Shown here one piece after another: positions 50,564-63,915 of a stretch of 64,000 nt of DNA; position 1 is the first letter of the stretch; each line of letters starts with the position of its first letter. Both the position numbers and the translations under genes were made by a program. The DNA lies in the NCBI GenBank assembly GCA_030390025.1, contig CM059432.1, positions 103,170,001 through 103,234,000 on the forward strand, given 5' to 3'. Source of the stretch: Squalus acanthias. Lineage: Eukaryota. Below the pieces are notes generated by a model that saw nothing but the letters and a program-made list of their open reading frames with translations, was not told the origin of the DNA and searched no databases.

Positions 50564-52387
50564 TTTTTTCTTCCCTTGTCCAGTTTCTTCCCACCTACAT
50601 CCGTGACTCTTCCGACACCCTCCGCCACTTTAACAGTTTCCAGTTTCCTGGCCCCAACCTTTTCCTTTTCACCATGGAAGTCCAATCCCTCTACATCTCC
50701 ATCCCCCACCAGGACGGCCTAAGGGTGCACTGCTTCTTCCTTGAACAGAGGCCCAACCAGTCCCCATCCACCACCACCCTCCTCCGCCTGGCTGAACTTG
50801 TTCTCACATTGAACAACTTCTCCTTTGACTTAACTCACTTCCTCCAAATTAAAAGTGTTGCTATGGGAACCCGCATGGGTCCTAGCTATGCCTGGCTTTT
50901 CGTGGGATATGTGGAACATTCTTTGTTCCATTCCTACTCAGGTCCCCTCCCTCATCTCTTTTTCCGATACATTGATGACTGTATCAGTGCCGTTTCCTGC
51001 TCTCGCACTGAACTAGAAAATTTCATTCACTTTGCTTCCAATTTCTACCTTTCCCTCACCTTCACATGGCCATCTTCGACTCTTCCCTTCCCTTCCTCGA
51101 CTTCTCTGTCTCCATTTCTGGGGATAGGCTATCAACTAACATCCACTATAAGCCCACTGACTCCCACAGCTACGTGAACTACACTTCCTCCCACCCCGCT
51201 TCCTGTAAGGACTCTATTCCATTCTCCCAGTTTCTCCGTCTCCGTCGCATCTGTTCTGACGATGCCACCTTCCATACTAGTGCTCCCACTATATCTTCCT
51301 TTTTCCTCAAGCGAGGATTCCCCTCTACCGTGGTTGACATGGCCCTCAACCTTGTCCATTCCATTTCCCGCACTTCTGCTCTCATCCCTTCCCCTCCCTC
51401 CAAGAACCACAATAGGGTTCCCCTTGTCCTCACCTTTCACCCCACCTCCAATTTCAATGGATCATCCTCCGGCATTTCCACCACCTCCAGCGTGATCCCA
51501 CCACCAAACACATCTTCCACTCCCCTCCCTTTCAGCATTCCGAAGGGACCGCTCCCTCCGCGACACCCTGGTCTACTCCTCTATCACCCCCAACAATCCC
51601 TTCCCTTCCCACGGCACCTTCCCATACAAGCGCAGAAGATGCAACACTCGCCCTTTTACCTCCTCCCTTCCCACTGTCCAGGGCCCCAAACACTCCTTCC
51701 AGGTGAAACAGCGATTTACTTGTACTTCTTGCAATTTAGTATACTGTATTCGCTGCTCACGATGCGGTCTCCTCTACATTGGGGAGACCAAACGCAGATT
51801 GGGTGACCGCTTTGCAGAACACCTCCGTTCAGTCCATAAGCGTGACCCCGAGCTTCCGGTCACCTGTCACTTTAATTCTCCGCTCCACTCCCATTCTGAC
51901 CTCTCTGTCCTCGGCCTCTTATACTGTTCCAATGAAGCTCAATATAAGCTTGAGGAACAGCACCTCATCTTTCGATTAGGCACTTTACAGCCTTCTGGAC
52001 TCAACATCGAGTTCAACAATTTCAGACCATAACCTCTGCCCCTATTTTTTCACATGGCAGCTGTTGATGATTCTGCTATTCCCATTTACACCTCTTCTAG
52101 ACTCATCTTTTGTTTCTTTACTTGTTCCATTACCATCTCCTTTTGCTTTGTACTATCAGCCCTTTTGTCATTTAATCTCTCCTGCCTTCCATCCTATCAC
52201 AGACCTTCCCTTTGTTCTTACCTCCCCTCCCCCCTTTCTCTGCCCCTGCACTTGCTTAAAATCTGTTACATCTCTAACTTTTTCCAGTTCTGACGAAAGG
52301 TCATCGACCTGAAACGTTAACTCTGTTTCTCTTACCATAGATGCTGCCTGACCTGCTGAGTATTTCCAGCATTTTCTGTTTTTATTT
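50564..52387 (+). mobile_element. 5'-truncated Penelope-like element (RT, GIY-YIG, terminal repeat with hammerhead core)
   Basis: SLYISIP, VAMGTRMGPSYA, RYIDD, FLD, VYCIRC...YIGET; 12-bp TSD ACTAT(G/A)CTTCAC; inserted in a LINE fragment. Confidence 0.93.
52284..52326 (+). ncRNA. Minimal (dimer-type) hammerhead ribozyme motif
   Basis: AGTT-CTGACGA-A-AGGTC(ATC)GACCT-GAAACGTT-AACT: core boxes, stems I and II, palindromic AACGTT stem III. Confidence 0.65.
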
Positions 52388-52599
52388 ACTATACTTCACA
52401 CATTGGTCTAAACATCTATCACTGGCGCACCGTGGCTGCAGCATGTACTATCTACAGAATGTACTGCAACCATCGTAATGTGATACTGTGGTAAGAAACA
52501 AAATGATGTTCATTGACATTTGAACATTTTTTTCCTTTGAAAATTAAGTTTTAGCAAGTGGCCAAAACCCAATTTATTTTTTAAAATAGACATTAAATG

Positions 52600-52930
52600 C
52601 CTTTTGGACAAATTTGTATCCTTTGATTCAGTATCTTCATTTGTTGCTGGCTATAGACCGTGAAAGATCATGTTGGCCACAGATGGTGAGATAGCCTGTT
52701 GGCTAGAATCTATAGCATTATGGTCAAATTAATTCATCTATTTTGATGTGTTGATTGGCAAGAGTAATTTCCTAGATCTTTCCTAAATTGCCTTTGAGCA
52801 TCAAAAAGACATTTTATAGAGTTTTGCCAAAATTTCCTTCAACAGCGTTTATTACTTCTCTTTCCTCAGGATATTGTTGTGTCTTTATTTATGCCCTTGA
52901 AAACTTTAGAATGTTTCTTCTATTGAGGTA
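52600..52930 (-). pseudogene. Pseudo-exon, heavily degraded
   Basis: Pyrimidine-rich acceptor ctctacag|TAC; YLNRRNILKFSRA*IKTQQYPEEREVINAVEGNFGKTL*NVFLMLKGNLGKI*; donor uncertain. Confidence 0.45.
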
Positions 52931-54506
52931 CTGTAGAGTGTATTGTAGAAAGAAAATAGATTTTTACTGTGTAGTTAGTCTAATAATTGTAAAAGTGTTG
53001 GTAACTATTTGTGGCATGTATCCACTGTGAAATGCATGTATATAAACATCTTGTCCAGATTTCCATTTTAAAAGCCCTTGGAGCTGCCAGAAATTGAACC
53101 CAAGTCCTCATACAGGTAATCATGTATCACTAAACTGCCTCAGAATACACATGCATAAGGAAGTTCACATTGGTGATAGTGAGCTTCTCATTTGCATGAC
53201 GTGTGAAGATAGAGGGGTTAAAGCAAGTTGTTAAAAATTAATTTGGAGAGAAAGTAATTCATGGGCACAGTGATAACAGACTATATTACCCCTTTGAAGT
53301 TAACGGCAACTTGCATTTCAATGGTGCCTTTAATGTCAAAAAATCCCATTTCACAGAGGCATAAGGAAAATGGATACAGAGCCAAAGAAGAAAGTTTTAG
53401 CTGGGGTGACCAAAAGCTTGATCAAGGAGGTAGGTTTCAAGGAAGAGAGAATGTGGAGATGCCAGGGGATTTAGGGAGGAAATTCCAGACCATTGGACCT
53501 AAGTGTCTGAAGACATGGGCCTAGAAATTCCCCAGTCGTTAACGCCAGTTTTGTAGAAAAAATGGCGGCTGCCTCGCATCCGCCCGATTCCAGCGTGGGA
53601 CACGGCGGCCACCATTTTGTTGAGGGCAATAGTGCTGCCATTGACAGCGCTGGCCTCACAAATTTAAATAAGCAGATCATGATCATGACATCAATCGGCG
53701 TGCAATGCCTGATTTGATGCCACGACTGCTATTTTGGACGTTCTCACACGCCGTAATGCCCTGTCCTAAATACGCAAAGAAAAATGTGCGTGAAGAATTG
53801 GGGGGGTGGGTGGTGTGGGTTGTATATCTGAAGGTTGCAGAATCTTTTTAGGGAGAGGTGTGGCTATGGGGGATTGAAGCAGGAAAGGAAGGTCATTAAG
53901 GGTAAGGCAAGAAATATGGGATTCATGACAAGAAGAAGAGATTCAAGGAATAAGGAAGAAAGAACCACATATTCTGACCATTTGCAAGTCAGAAAATCTA
54001 ACCCCAGAGTCTTAGTATTAAAAGGGAACAAGGAATGCAAAGATTTATTTAGAAAAAGAATAAAGAAGCAAAAGGCAAGAAGCCATCCAATCAGCTCAGA
54101 GTAGGTAGGAACAGAGAAAGTTTCTCAAGGGTGGCTTGGAATAGCAGAGAGAAAATAAAATAACTGACAGCGATGTGTGGTCCCAAGTTATGAGTGATTT
54201 TGTGGAGCAGCTTAATTGTATGATGAAAGAAGTAGAGAAAATCATATTGTATGTTAGAATTAATTGCACCTGACAGGAATTCAGCTACTTTAAAAAGGGA
54301 ATCTAAAGATACAAATAGGTACTGAATAAGAGACATGCCAAAGCAATTATGGCTGGATTCCTCATGGTGATGACCAAGGATAAAAAGAATTGAGCAGAAT
54401 AATTGGTTTGAGAAAAAGTGATAAGAGGAAGATTTGGAATTCTTAAATAATTTGCATTGCTTCAGATTAGAAATTAGAACCCCAATTTTAACCAGGAACA
54501 GGACAG

Positions 54507-54757
54507 GGTACGGTGGCATAGTGGTTAGGATACTGTACTATAATCCAGAGACCCTGGACTAATGATCTGAGAGACACGAGTTCATCATCCCACCATGGCA
54601 GCTGGGGAATTTAAATTCAGTTAATTAAATAAATTTGGAATAGAAAGCTAGTACCAGTAATGATGACCATGAAGCTATCATAAAAAACCCATCTGGTTCA
54701 CTAATGTCCTTCAGGGAAAGAAATCTGCCGTTCTTACCCAATCTGGCCTATATATGC
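54507..54757 (+). mobile_element. tRNA-derived SINE, 5' part
   Basis: A-box TGGCATAGTGG and B-box-like GAGTTCA; same family as 25110/31131. Confidence 0.8.
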
Positions 54758-55936
54758 AGTCTGCACAGAGCGGGATTAAATGGAGCGGGCTTGAACAGAG
54801 TGTTTTATTTGGGAATTCGGAGAAGAAGGGGAAGCAATTGTTGCTTTTTGCCTACACTACTTATAGTGCTTTGTGTTACAAGTAGATATTTAATTTCAGT
54901 ACCCTTAACTTATTCTAGATCAAGTAAGTAGTTAAGAAACTACACTGTAAACTAAGTTACCTAATTACAAATTTAATTATATTTAATTAAATAAAACAAG
55001 GTCATATAGGGATGGCAGTGCAGGCGGAGTGCCGCAACTGCAGCATGTGGGAGTTTGTGGAGAGCATTGTGATCCCGGACAACCACGTTTGCAGTAAGTG
55101 CCTGCATCTGAGGAACTTCAGCTCAGAGTTTTTGAGCTGGAGTCTGAGGTGCAGACATTGCGGGGCATCAGGGATGGGGAGAGTTAGCTGGACACTTTGA
55201 TCCAGGAGGCAGTCACACCCCTTAGGTTAGGTAGTGGTACAGGTCTGGTTAGTGGTCAGGGACAGGAGGGTGTGACTGCAACTCATGCAGGTAAGGGGAC
55301 CCCAGGCACAGTGCTGGAGGAGCCTCAGCCTTTGCCCTTGTCCAGCAGGTATGAGGTTCTTGCTGCCTGTGTGGATGAGGGAAAAGACTGCAGGATGGAT
55401 GAGCAAGCTGACCATGGCACCATGGTGCAGGAGGCCATTCAAGTGGGGGGAGTGAAAGGGAATGTAGTTTTGGTAGGGGACGGTATAGTCAGGGGGATAG
55501 ATACTGTTCTCTGCAGCCACGAACGAGAGTTCTGAAGGTTGTGTTGCCTGCCCGGTGCCAGGGTTAAAGACATCTCCTCATGGCTGGAGAAGAACTTGGA
55601 GTGGGAGGGGGAGGATCCAGTTGTCATGGTCCACGTAGGAACCAACAACATAGGTAGAACTAGGAATGAGGTTCTGCTGAGGGTGTTTGAGGAGCTAGGG
55701 TCCAAATTAAAAAGCAGAACTTAAACCAGGCTGGGACCAGTGTCCTGGTAAACTGAATAACTAGGGCAGTAGACAGGACTTTAAACTAATGAGGGGGGTG
55801 GGGGGGTGGGAGGATTCAGGAAAGAGTAAATTTAAAAGAAGCAAGAGAAATGTCAAGGCTTTAGAGCCAGAGTAGATTTTTGGGTAAAAATAAGCAGAGT
55901 GCGTCAGGAAGGGACAGAGTGAGTAACAAAGGTAAT

Positions 55937-56702
55937 GGGCCAGAAATTCGGCTCTCCGGCTTCCTGCGGGTGCAAGCATCGCGCGCGTACTTGCCTACCA
56001 TGCCTGCCATTGTGCTTCGGGCCCACGAGGACTTCGGCTCCTGGGCCTCCTGCAGCTGCCGGCGCGCAGTGCTCGTGTATCCCAGGGGCGCAGTTAGTTC
56101 GAAGCGTCCCCTGGGATCATGTGGGCCATGGAGAGCCAATCGGAGCAGGGCATTTTCATTCATAGATTTGACAGGAGGACCTGTCAAATCTATGAATAGA
56201 GATCGGCCCCAAAACCACACTTAAACTTCAAATAATTTTTTTTTAAAACATCACATTTTTAAAATAACTATAAGTTACATAAATTAACTATTTTAAACAA
56301 AAATTTAAATTTTAGAAAAAGTTAATTATACTTTTTAACGGTGCTAAAAATAAACTTACCTTTCTTTAAAGTATCTAAAAAAGATAAACCTGTTGAAAAA
56401 ATGTTTAAATTGTAATTAATTAACCACTTACCTTGTTAAAAACAGGCCTTGCGCCTCCTTTTTAAAAGTGCAGCTTCTCCATACTTACCCTCCCGGAGAA
56501 ACCTGAAAAAAAAACCTGAAGTTCGCTGCGTGCGCGCTGCCTCTACCGCGCACGCGTTCGACTTCTGAACCCCTCCCTTCAGGGGAACGGAAGTTCCGGT
56601 TTCCCGCACATGCGCAGTGCATGCGTGAAACCGGCACTTCAGGTGGCCTTATGGGTGAGTACACAGCGCGTACTCACCCGACAAGAGCCGAATTTCTGGC
56701 CC
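55937..56702. mobile_element. Harbinger-type MITE with an AT-rich core
   Basis: 18-bp TIR GGGCCAGAAATTCGGCTC; AAT/ATT flanks. Confidence 0.9.
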
Positions 56703-57469
56703 ATTAAGGCATTAGTGACTAAGGTGACATCAGGGAAAAATAGAAATAAGTCAAAGCTAAAGGCACTATATCTGAATGTGCGAAGCATTCGCAACAAAAT
56801 AGATGAATTAATAGCGCAGATAGAAATTAACAGGTTTGATCTAATAGCCATAACAGAGATGTGGTTGCAAAGTGGCCAAGGTTGGGAACTAAATGTTCCA
56901 GGACACTTAACTTTTAGAAGGGATAGGCAAAATGGAAAAGGAGGAGGGGTAGCCCTGATAATAAAGGATGGGATAAAGACAGTAAAGAGAAAGAATCTTA
57001 GCTCCGAAAATCAAGAAGTAGAATCAGTTTGGGTGGAGCTAAGAAAAAGCAAGGGGCAGAAAACATTGGTGGGAGTCGTTTATAGGTTCCCAAACAGTAG
57101 TTGTAATGTAGGACAGAGTATAAATCAAGACACCCCACAGGAAAAGTGGTCCAACCGTGGCTAACAAGAGAAGTTAAAGATAGTATTAGATCAAAGGAAG
57201 AGTCTTATAATGTTGCCAAAAAGAGTGGCAAGCCTGAGGATTGGGAGGATTTTAGAATTCAGCAAAGGAGGACCAAGAAATTGATAAAGAAAGGGAAAAT
57301 AGAACATGAGAGTAAACTAGCGAGAGACATAAAAACAGACTGTAAAAGCTTCTATAGGTATGTAAAACGGAAAAGATTAGCGAAAGTAAATGTGGGTCCC
57401 TTACAGGCTGAGACAGGAGAAATTATAATGGGGAATAAGGAAATTGTAGAGAAATTAAACAAATACTTT

Positions 57470-58333
57470 GGGGGGAATTTTGCCGGCGCTCAGGGGCAGA
57501 TTTGGAGGCAAGACATCCGGTAAAATTGCAAAGATTGACAGTAGGTCCGGAACCCGCTGTCAAAGCTGCCTCCATACAATCTTCCTGGGTGTCAGGTCCC
57601 CGATTTGTGCATGGACCCAACACCTAGCGGCGGGAAGAGGATTATAGGCACTTAACTGCTTGTTAACAGGCAGTTAACAGGCAGTTAACAGGCTTTTTCC
57701 AATTTTGACAGGTCTACTGCGGGCTTCCCGACGTCCGGACACCACGCCAGGATAAGTGTGGCGTGCTGTGGGTCTACTGTAATGTTTCTTCATTGATGAC
57801 AGCTGCAGAAGTGGTGTGAAGGATCCAATGGTACACTGGTGCGTTTCAGAGGTAAGAAAATCATTTTTAATGTATTTAGACTTTTCTGTAGGTAACAAGT
57901 TTTGACATCTGTGTAGTCCCACCTCACTGGGAGAACCTTTCTCACCAGTGACAGATCACTTCTGTAACCTCACCTGCAGCTGCCATCTGTTCTAGCCTAA
58001 GAAGGGAGTCACTGGAGGGCCTTGGTGCAAGGGCTCACCTTTGTACAGTGATTGTCAGTGTTTGCAGCACCTCAATGTTGTCAAACACTGAAAAATCACC
58101 TGTCAAAAAAAATTGTGCATGACCCCTTTAAGAAAACCGGCAGATGACGCGTCATCAACTGATGTCATCTGACACCGGCTTTCTCCTAATTGGCCGGCAA
58201 GCCCGCAGGGCGGGCTTAACAAAGCCAATTGATGCAAAATAGCGTCTGTGCGTCGGATGTCGTTGGGGGTGAGATCGGAACCCGGAAGGAAGCTGTCCCG
58301 CCCTAGGCCAAACCAAAAGGTAAAATCCAGCCC
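57470..58333. mobile_element. Non-autonomous Harbinger-type element
   Basis: TTT/TTT TSD; imperfect TIR GGGGGGAATTTT / AAAATCCAGCCC; the CR1 reading rejoins across it. Confidence 0.8.
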
Positions 58334-58567
58334 TTTGTCTTCACAGAAGAAGATGCAAAAAACTTCCTGGAAATAATGGAGAACCAAGGCTCTAGCAAGA
58401 ATGAGAAACTGAAAGAAATTAGTATTAGTAAAAAAATAGTACTAGAGAAATTAATGGGACTGAAAGCCAATAAATCCCCTGGACCTGATGGCCTATATCC
58501 TAGGGTTTTAAAAGAGGTGGCTATAGAGATAGTGGATGTATTGGTTGTCATTTTCCAAAATTCCATA

Positions 58568-61500
58568 GGGGGCGATTTTCTGTAAGGGGTTTTGGGAATC
58601 GTGCTTGTATCGCAGCCGGTGCTGGTGCGGGGTTAGGCCTTCGTTGCCTAATACTATTGCTTGCTCTGGTCTCCGGCCAGCCTTGTTGCAATAAGCACCA
58701 GTGAGTGGTTCGACCCACTCGCCCTTACGGTTCTAACGCTGGACTTAGGTGCGAGAGCAATAATGCAGAGAAAACTCAAATAGACCCGTTGAATAGTACG
58801 AAATGGAAATCTTTATTGCATAGCGTCTAAAATCATGAAGTACATGTCATAGGCACAGATTAACGATAGTACAAGTAAACATACATTCATAAAGCTTGGT
58901 CTATGGTAATGAAGAACGCACGGCACATCGTAGAAAGGGGAACACATTATAATTTATCCTTAATAAAAACCACCCTCCCCTATCAATCCCTACGCTATAT
59001 CTAGATTTGTAGGATCGGGAAGCATGCTCACCACTCGTGATATTTCGGAGGATTTTAAAGTGAGGCGTTTGGCTCGTTTCGCTGCAGCGCCTGACTGTCA
59101 CGTGTTTGGAGGGGTCTCTGTACGCCTCTTGTTTATCTTCTCTGCTGCGACAAGCAGGCCAGATCGTCTGTTGTCATGAAGAATTCTGTAGAACTCGAAC
59201 ACGTTTGTAGAATTCAAACAAGAGTCTTCCTGTACCAGTTCGTGGAGTAATCGGTAAAACTCGAAAAATGAGTTTTATATTTTCGGGCGCGGTCGGGGTT
59301 TACTGACCGCGGCGGCACGTGTATTCTTCTTCTTCTCTTCTCGTCTCGTCTCGTCTCGTCTCTTCGGGCCTTCGGGTCCAGACACCGTTTACCGACTCTC
59401 GGGATGGTGCACCCGGGCACTTGCCTTTGTTGAGGCGGCTCGTTCCGTTTGAGCTCCACCCAACATTCGAATAACCGACCGGTACGGCTAAAAGTCAACA
59501 AACTCCAGCGAAGACACAAAAGGCTGCTCGTCCAGCAGAGCCACACCCGAGGATCAGGATAAGGGAATACGAGTTCCGTACTCAGCAGCAAGATAAGAGC
59601 ACAAGAGACCGATGGACATTTGTTCACTATAGTTATAGTGCTGTGTTTCCTTATCTCCCGCCCAAATCTTAATGTCTTTTCTTTGCGAAATATTGGCGCT
59701 CAAAACTCCCAGCATGGGGAGATTCCTGTCTGTAATGGGTTTCGGTAGCACTTGAAACTGGCCAAATACCCGTTAATGTTTTCCCCATTGTTTGATCCAG
59801 CCAGGATCGTTTGAATCGTCTCCCTGACTGGTTTTGGGGGCCCTCGAATACTCGTGTAATCACCCGAGAATGGCTCTCTCATTGTAGAGCCGTGGGGGTA
59901 ATTTGTGTATTGCTCTGTCTGGATGGGCCTTCGATCGCCCAGTACAATGAGCCTTACTTGTGCATGGAAAACGATTCCAGCACTCATATCTATTGCTATT
60001 GTTTCGAATGCAAAACAGATTGCATCCTGTCTTTATCAATGTTTGCTGAGTATTATCCAATCTTATACTGAAATGTTTATTCGAACGCCATCTTGTCTGC
60101 CCACTGAAAATTCTGGAAGCTTCTGTCACGATGCGCGGCGGCCATTTTACAGGCTTCTTGTGTCCGTTTTAATCATGACAGCATTTTGTTTAAATAAACT
60201 GATTAAACGAATCTGTATCTCTCTCGTTATTTTGAATCGTGATATTTGCAAACTTTACATTTCCCATTGGAGGCGGGTTGGAGGCGGGTTTCGGTTTGGG
60301 TGGGTTCCAAACCCGCTTCCACTGTCAGGTGGGAAAAATTTGTGATTTTCCCCTAATTGGTCAGTTGATTTCAGAGGTGTGGGTTCCCTGGGCTAATTAG
60401 ACTTTTGGGACTGAAACTCGCCTCTGCTGATGTCACTTATCCAGCTTCATTTAAGGGCTGCTTGCTGCCTTGGCTCATTCCACTGGTTTTTGGTCGATGC
60501 TGCACCACCTCCAAGCTGTTATCTCCTTGAAGAATGGCCAGCTCCAAGGCAAGGGCCTCTCCGAGGTTCTCGGATGAGGCGCTGGGTATGCTGATTGAGG
60601 GGGCGAGAGCTAGCAGGGAGGTGCTCTTCCCCTCATCTGGGAGGAAGGAGCATCCCAAAGAAACCAAGGCTGTGTGGGTCCAGCTGGCATGAGATATAAC
60701 CTCCAGATCTGTGTGCAGATTGGGTGAGTGCTTCTGTTTATTGATGAAATGCCATCCCTGTGGGAAGATATTAAAATTAGGTGATGGCAAACTGTTGGTG
60801 TGATGGCATCTGTTATTTCGGCTTAGGCAGCTCCACATTGTGGGCTCTGCGACACTTGCGTGGTCAGGTTGGTGGTCAGAGTGAAAGGAGGCCAGAGAGT
60901 CATGTCCATTGTCTATCATGTGTTAAGAAGGAGCCAAGCACATGTGCCACAATGGGCAACCTATGCAAATTTGGCCAGGATGAGTGCATTCCTTGCACGA
61001 CGTGCTTCCATGCGCTGGCGCCTTCTGCCCTGTGCAGCATCAGGTGGGTGAGCAGGAGGTTGGCGCTCCTGCTGCTGAGCTGCCTGGTTCTGCTGCTGCC
61101 GCAGCTGCTCCTCATCCGAATCTGAGCTCCATGGTGAAAGGAAATAAATGGTTCCCAAGCTGCTGGCAAATACCTCCGTTGGGGAAGCGCTCAGTTCAAG
61201 CAGGGAGAGGGTCTTCCAAGGAGGTCCCACAGTTGAGAGATAGAAGCTGCAGCACCTCCGGCTTCGGTAGACCTGCTAAAAGTGCTGAAAGACCTTTGGA
61301 ACAAAAGTTCTGCCACCTGCAACTGATCCCTGATGAAAGCTCCGTTTTAATGGGGGAGCTGCAGCTGTGAGGAGGCCACCCACTTGTCAACCCAGCAGGA
61401 TTAGTTGGCGTGGTTTAGGAGGGTCGTGCAACATGCTGAAAATGTGGTAAAATAACGAAGGCCTGTCAAAATAGGATTATAGAGGCCTTAACTACTATTT

Positions 61501-61685
61501 AAGGGTCTTAACTACCTCTCCCGACTGATGGAGGTGGGACCGAATCGCACCCATCAAACCCGCCTCCGGCAAAAATGCGCGGAGGCGGGTTGGAGGCGGG
61601 TTCCGAACCCGCCCTCAGTTTTTTGCCATTTTGCCAACTGTCCCGCCTCCAAACCCGCCTCCTCGGGGCTGGGAAAATCGCCCCC
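58568..61685. mobile_element. Internally deleted Harbinger element hosting a solo LTR
   Basis: TIR GGGGGCGATTTTCCC; TSD ATA/ATA; Myb start RASPRFSDEALGMLIE at about 60550 on +; HARBI-type end ARRARNALILAKFA on -. Confidence 0.88.
58581..60259 (-). mobile_element. Long (1.68 kb) solo LTR, related to 6468-8098
   Basis: TGTAAG...TTACA termini; perfect TTTC TSD; shared blocks such as GTGAGTGGTTCGACCCACTCGCCCTTACGG. Confidence 0.9.
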
Positions 61686-63479
61686 ATAGATTCTAGAATG
61701 ATTCCTGCGGATTGGAAGGTGGCAAATGTAACCCCACTATTTAAGAAAGGAGGGAAAGAGAAAACGGGGAATTACAGACCAGGGAAAATGCTAGAATCTA
61801 TTATTAAGGACATGGTAACAGGACACTTAGAAAATAATAATAGGATTGGGCAGAGTCAACACGGATTTATGAAAGGGAAATCGTGTTTTCAGAAAGCATT
61901 CGATAAGGTGCCACACAAGAGATTATTAAACAAAATTAGAGCTCATGGGATTGGGGGTAATATATTAGCATGGATTGAGGATTGGTTAATGGACAGAAAA
62001 CAGAGAGTAGGAATAAACCAGTCATTTTCGGGTTGGCAGGCTGTAACTAGTGGGGTACCACAAGGATCAGTGCTTGGGCCTCAGCTATTCACAATCTACA
62101 TCAATGATTTGGATGAGGGGACCAAATGCAATATATCCAAGTTTGCTGATGATACAAAGCTGGGTGGGATTGTAAATTGTGAGGAGGATGCAAAGAGGCT
62201 TCAAGGGGATATAGACAGGCTAAGTGAGTGGGCAAGAACATGGCAAATGGAATATAATGTGGAGAAATGTGAAGTTATCCACTTTGGTGAGAGATTGGGA
62301 AATGTTGGTGTTCAGAGGGACCTGGGTGTCCTTGTACACGAATCACTGAAAGTTAACATGCAGGTACAGCAAGCAATTAGGAAAGCAAATGGTATGTTGG
62401 CCTTTATTACAAGAGGATTTGAGTATAACAGTAAAGACGTCTTACTGCAATTATACAGGGCCCTGGTGAGACCACACCTGAAGTATTGTGTACAGTTTTG
62501 GTCTCCTTACCTAAGGAAGGATATACTTGCCATAGAGGGAGTGCAATAAAGGATCACTAGACTGGTTCCTGGGATGGGGGGGATTGTCCTATGAGGAGAG
62601 ATTGAGTAGACTATGCCTATATTTTCTAGAGTTTAGAAGAATGAGAGGTGATATCATTGAAACATACAAATTCTTACAGGACTTGACAGGGGCTCAGTCG
62701 TTGAGTATATTCAAGACAGAGATCGATAGATTTTTGAATATTAAGGGAATCAAGGGATATGGGGATAGTGCAGGAAAGTGGAGATGAGGTAGAAGAATCA
62801 GGCATGATCTTACTGAATGGCGCAGCAGGCTCAAATGGCCTACTCCTGCTCCTATTTCTTATGTTCTTATGAATCGTGTGGACAGGGCCAGAGTGAGCAG
62901 CAAGCCCCCATGGCATTGTCAGCTTGAGGCACGAGCCATTTTAACTCTCGGGTCTCATCAACATTTGAAGTCGGGCTGCCCTCCTGATTGCCTACAGAAT
63001 CAGGCAACCTGCCCACGTGACCTGGGCAATTTCCAGCCCGTTTCTCGATTGTGCTTAAAGTGGGGATGCACCTTTTGAAGCGAAGTTGTATCCTTCACTT
63101 TCATTGTCCAGTGAACAACTGCAGAGATGAGTTGAAGGGTTTCCCCCACTTTCCTGATGCATCCCTGGAGGTTCCATTGGAGGAAGTGAGGGCCAGGAGG
63201 AAGGTTATTCGTAGGAGCATCCCCAAGGCCACTGTCAGGCAGGCCTGGACAAAAGTGGCTGACAGGGTCAGTGCCACCAGTATCAGCTGCAGGTTTTTAT
63301 GGGATGAATCGGGAAAGACCGGGAGTGAAATTCATCTTGGGCGTTAGTGCAGAATGACCGATAGCGAATCAGCAGGCCATTTTACACTCCACCTGATTTT
63401 CTTTTCTATTTCTGGAATAGGAGTACGTGGGGGTACTGCCCAAGATGAATTCCACCCCCATCTACTCCTCTGCTTGGGA

Positions 63480-63780
63480 AGTTAGTGATGAGAGGTAATC
63501 AATTTAAAATTGTCACTAAGAGAATGAGGAGGGAGATTGGGACAAATTTCTTTATATAGCGAGTTGCAAGAGCTTGGAATGGTTTACTGCAGGGAGCAGT
63601 TGAGGCAGACACCATTGCAATTTTTTAAGAGAAGTGTAGATAAACAGTTAAAACGGAGGAAAATACAAGGATATGGGGAAAGAGCAGGGCGGTGAGATTA
63701 ATTTTAGATTGCTGTAGTTAGAAGCTGGCAGAGACCCAGTGGGTCGAATGGCCTCCTGTGTTGTTGTAAATGTTTATGGC
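63480..63780 (+). mobile_element. Old CR1 3' fragment
   Basis: NFFI*RVARAWNGL...QGYGERAG; GAATGGCCTCCT. Confidence 0.7.
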
Positions 63781-63915
63781 TCTATTGTTGCACAAGCAAT
63801 CTCTTTCACAGTAGCCACAGCATTGGCAGTGTACTAAATGGAAACTGCCATACTCCTACAGCGGGAGTGCTCCTCTAAGATTAGGATGAATGCATGTAAT
63901 CACGTTATACCTGAC

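Larger units (their letters stand above)
54760..62870 (+). mobile_element. Near full-length degraded CR1: 5' UTR, ORF1 (Zn finger + SGNH esterase), ORF2, with three Harbinger-type insertions
   Basis: ORF1 CRNC...CSKC, VLVGDGIVRG, CLPGARV, HVGTNN; ORF2 pieces at 56740-57469, 58334-58567 and 61686-62790; 3' tail. Confidence 0.92.

Noticed and set aside
53835..54519. Hydrophobic minus-strand ORFs resembling a membrane protein
   Set aside because: Antisense of a purine-rich, very old CR1-like endonuclease remnant on the + strand
54507..54600. tRNA gene
   Set aside because: The A and B boxes belong to a SINE head; no cloverleaf
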